28,453 nt of DNA, taken from Gemmatimonadota bacterium (GTDB lineage Bacteria > Gemmatimonadota > Gemmatimonadetes > Gemmatimonadales > GWC2-71-9). The translations under genes were made by a program, and so were the position numbers. Below are positions 27,583 to 28,453 of the stretch, piece by piece. Within the stretch, counting starts at the first letter, position 1, and the number at the start of each line of letters is the position of its first letter. A model generated the notes under the pieces. That model had not been told where the DNA came from. It saw only the letters and a program-made list of their open reading frames with translations, and made no database searches. The DNA lies in the NCBI GenBank assembly GCA_039591655.1, contig JBDHDE010000063.1, positions 1-28,453 on the forward strand, in the 5' to 3' direction.

Positions 27583-28452
27583 TCACTCGTTCACGATGAT
27601 CTTCTCGCGGTACTTCGAGTACTCACCGTACGTCAGGTACCTTCGGCGCCCGTCGAGAAACGACCGCACGGTCGGCGCACGCGGCCGGCGCTTGGGCAGC
27701 TCGGCCGTGGCCCTGAGCACAAAGGAGTCGCTCGCCGCACCCGAGCCGAAGGACGTGATCAAGATCAGATCGCCGGGATCCGCCACGTCCAGAATGGCGG
27801 CCAGACCGGTTGGGGAAGACCCGGAATAGGTGTTTCCCATGGTGCGTACGACCCATCCGGTCTCGAGCTGTTCCTTCTTGAACCCCAACGTCTTGCCTGC
27901 CGAGAGTGGGAACTTCCCATTCGGCATGTGGAAGACCGCGTAGCGGAAGTCGGAGGGCTTCAGACCCGTCTTCTCCAGGATCCCGCGGCTCGCCGCCAGC
28001 ACGTGCTTGAAGTACGCCGGCTCACCGGTGAAGCGCCCGCCGTGACGGGGATAGAACTCGCCCTCCCGACGCACCTCGACCAGCACGTTCTTGTTGCCGA
28101 AGATGAACGCCGCACCTCCCGCCGACGCTGAGAACTCCAGTGCGTCGTTGGGTGCCCCCTGCGAGGTATCGGCGCCGATCCCCAGCGCGTACTCGACGCG
28201 TCCGGCCTCGACGAGTCCGTGTGCCACGAACATCGCTTCCGTACCGGCCTTGCACGCGAACTCGAAGTCGGCCACGTGGAGCTCCGGACCGATGCCCAGC
28301 GCCTCGGCCACCACCGTGCCGCTGGGCTTCACCGCGTACGGGTGGGACTCCGAGCCGATATAGACAGCGCCGATCCGCGTGGGGTCGATGCCGGCGCGCT
28401 CCAGGGCCCCCCGGGCGGCGGCCACCGATATGGTGATGGTGTCCTCATCGAT
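27583..28452 (-). CDS. mvaS: Archaeal-type hydroxymethylglutaryl-CoA synthase (5' end outside window; appears to lack about 14 internal residues)
   Basis: The frame is open to the window edge ([14 protein letters not shown]). Motifs: [21 protein letters not shown] (catalytic Cys), [52 protein letters not shown]. Confidence 0.88.
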   Translation of the reverse strand: MDEDTITISVAAARGALERAGIDPTRIGAVYIGSESHPYAVKPSGTVVAEALGIGPELHVADFEFACKAGTEAMFVAHGLVEAGRVEYALGIGADTSQGAPNDALEFSASAGGAAFIFGNKNVLVEVRREGEFYPRHGGRFTGEPAYFKHVLAASRGILEKTGLKPSDFRYAVFHMPNGKFPLSAGKTLGFKKEQLETGWVVRTMGNTYSGSSPTGLAAILDVADPGDLILITSFGSGAASDSFVLRATAELPKRRPRAPTVRSFLDGRRRYLTYGEYSKYREKIIVNE

Positions 28453-28453
28453 C

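Noticed and set aside
25998..28453. phlACB (2,4-diacetylphloroglucinol) cluster
   Set aside because: The synthase keeps the HMG-CoA synthase catalytic Glu/Cys/His motifs, and no type III PKS (phlD) is in the window. Not fully excluded without phylogeny.

Overview
A high-GC bacterial chromosomal segment. The gene repertoire (Hanks kinase-TolB-like-TPR protein, tricorn protease, DUF2911, DUF4097, DUF3006) resembles Gemmatimonadota, but this is inference. No rRNA, tRNA, CRISPR array, transposase or integrase was found. About 21 intact or edge-truncated CDSs and 3 damaged genes can be supported. Most notable: (i) an archaeal-type HMG-CoA synthase-thiolase-DUF35 cluster, followed in the same direction by a tiny ribbon-helix-helix-like ORF, a signal-peptide-bearing SagB-like flavoprotein and a diheme cytochrome c peroxidase; (ii) a tightly coupled alkyl-DHAP-synthase-like / glycerol-3-phosphate dehydrogenase / diacylglycerol kinase operon, a candidate for ether-lipid metabolism; (iii) several local lesions: a 10-bp duplication plus truncation in a ComEC-like gene with an EEP lipoprotein gene beside it, an internally deleted DUF3006 copy, a headless M28 peptidase, and about 14 conserved residues missing from the HMG-CoA synthase. 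These lesions could be real decay or assembly artefacts. All family calls come from motif recognition by eye, not database searches.
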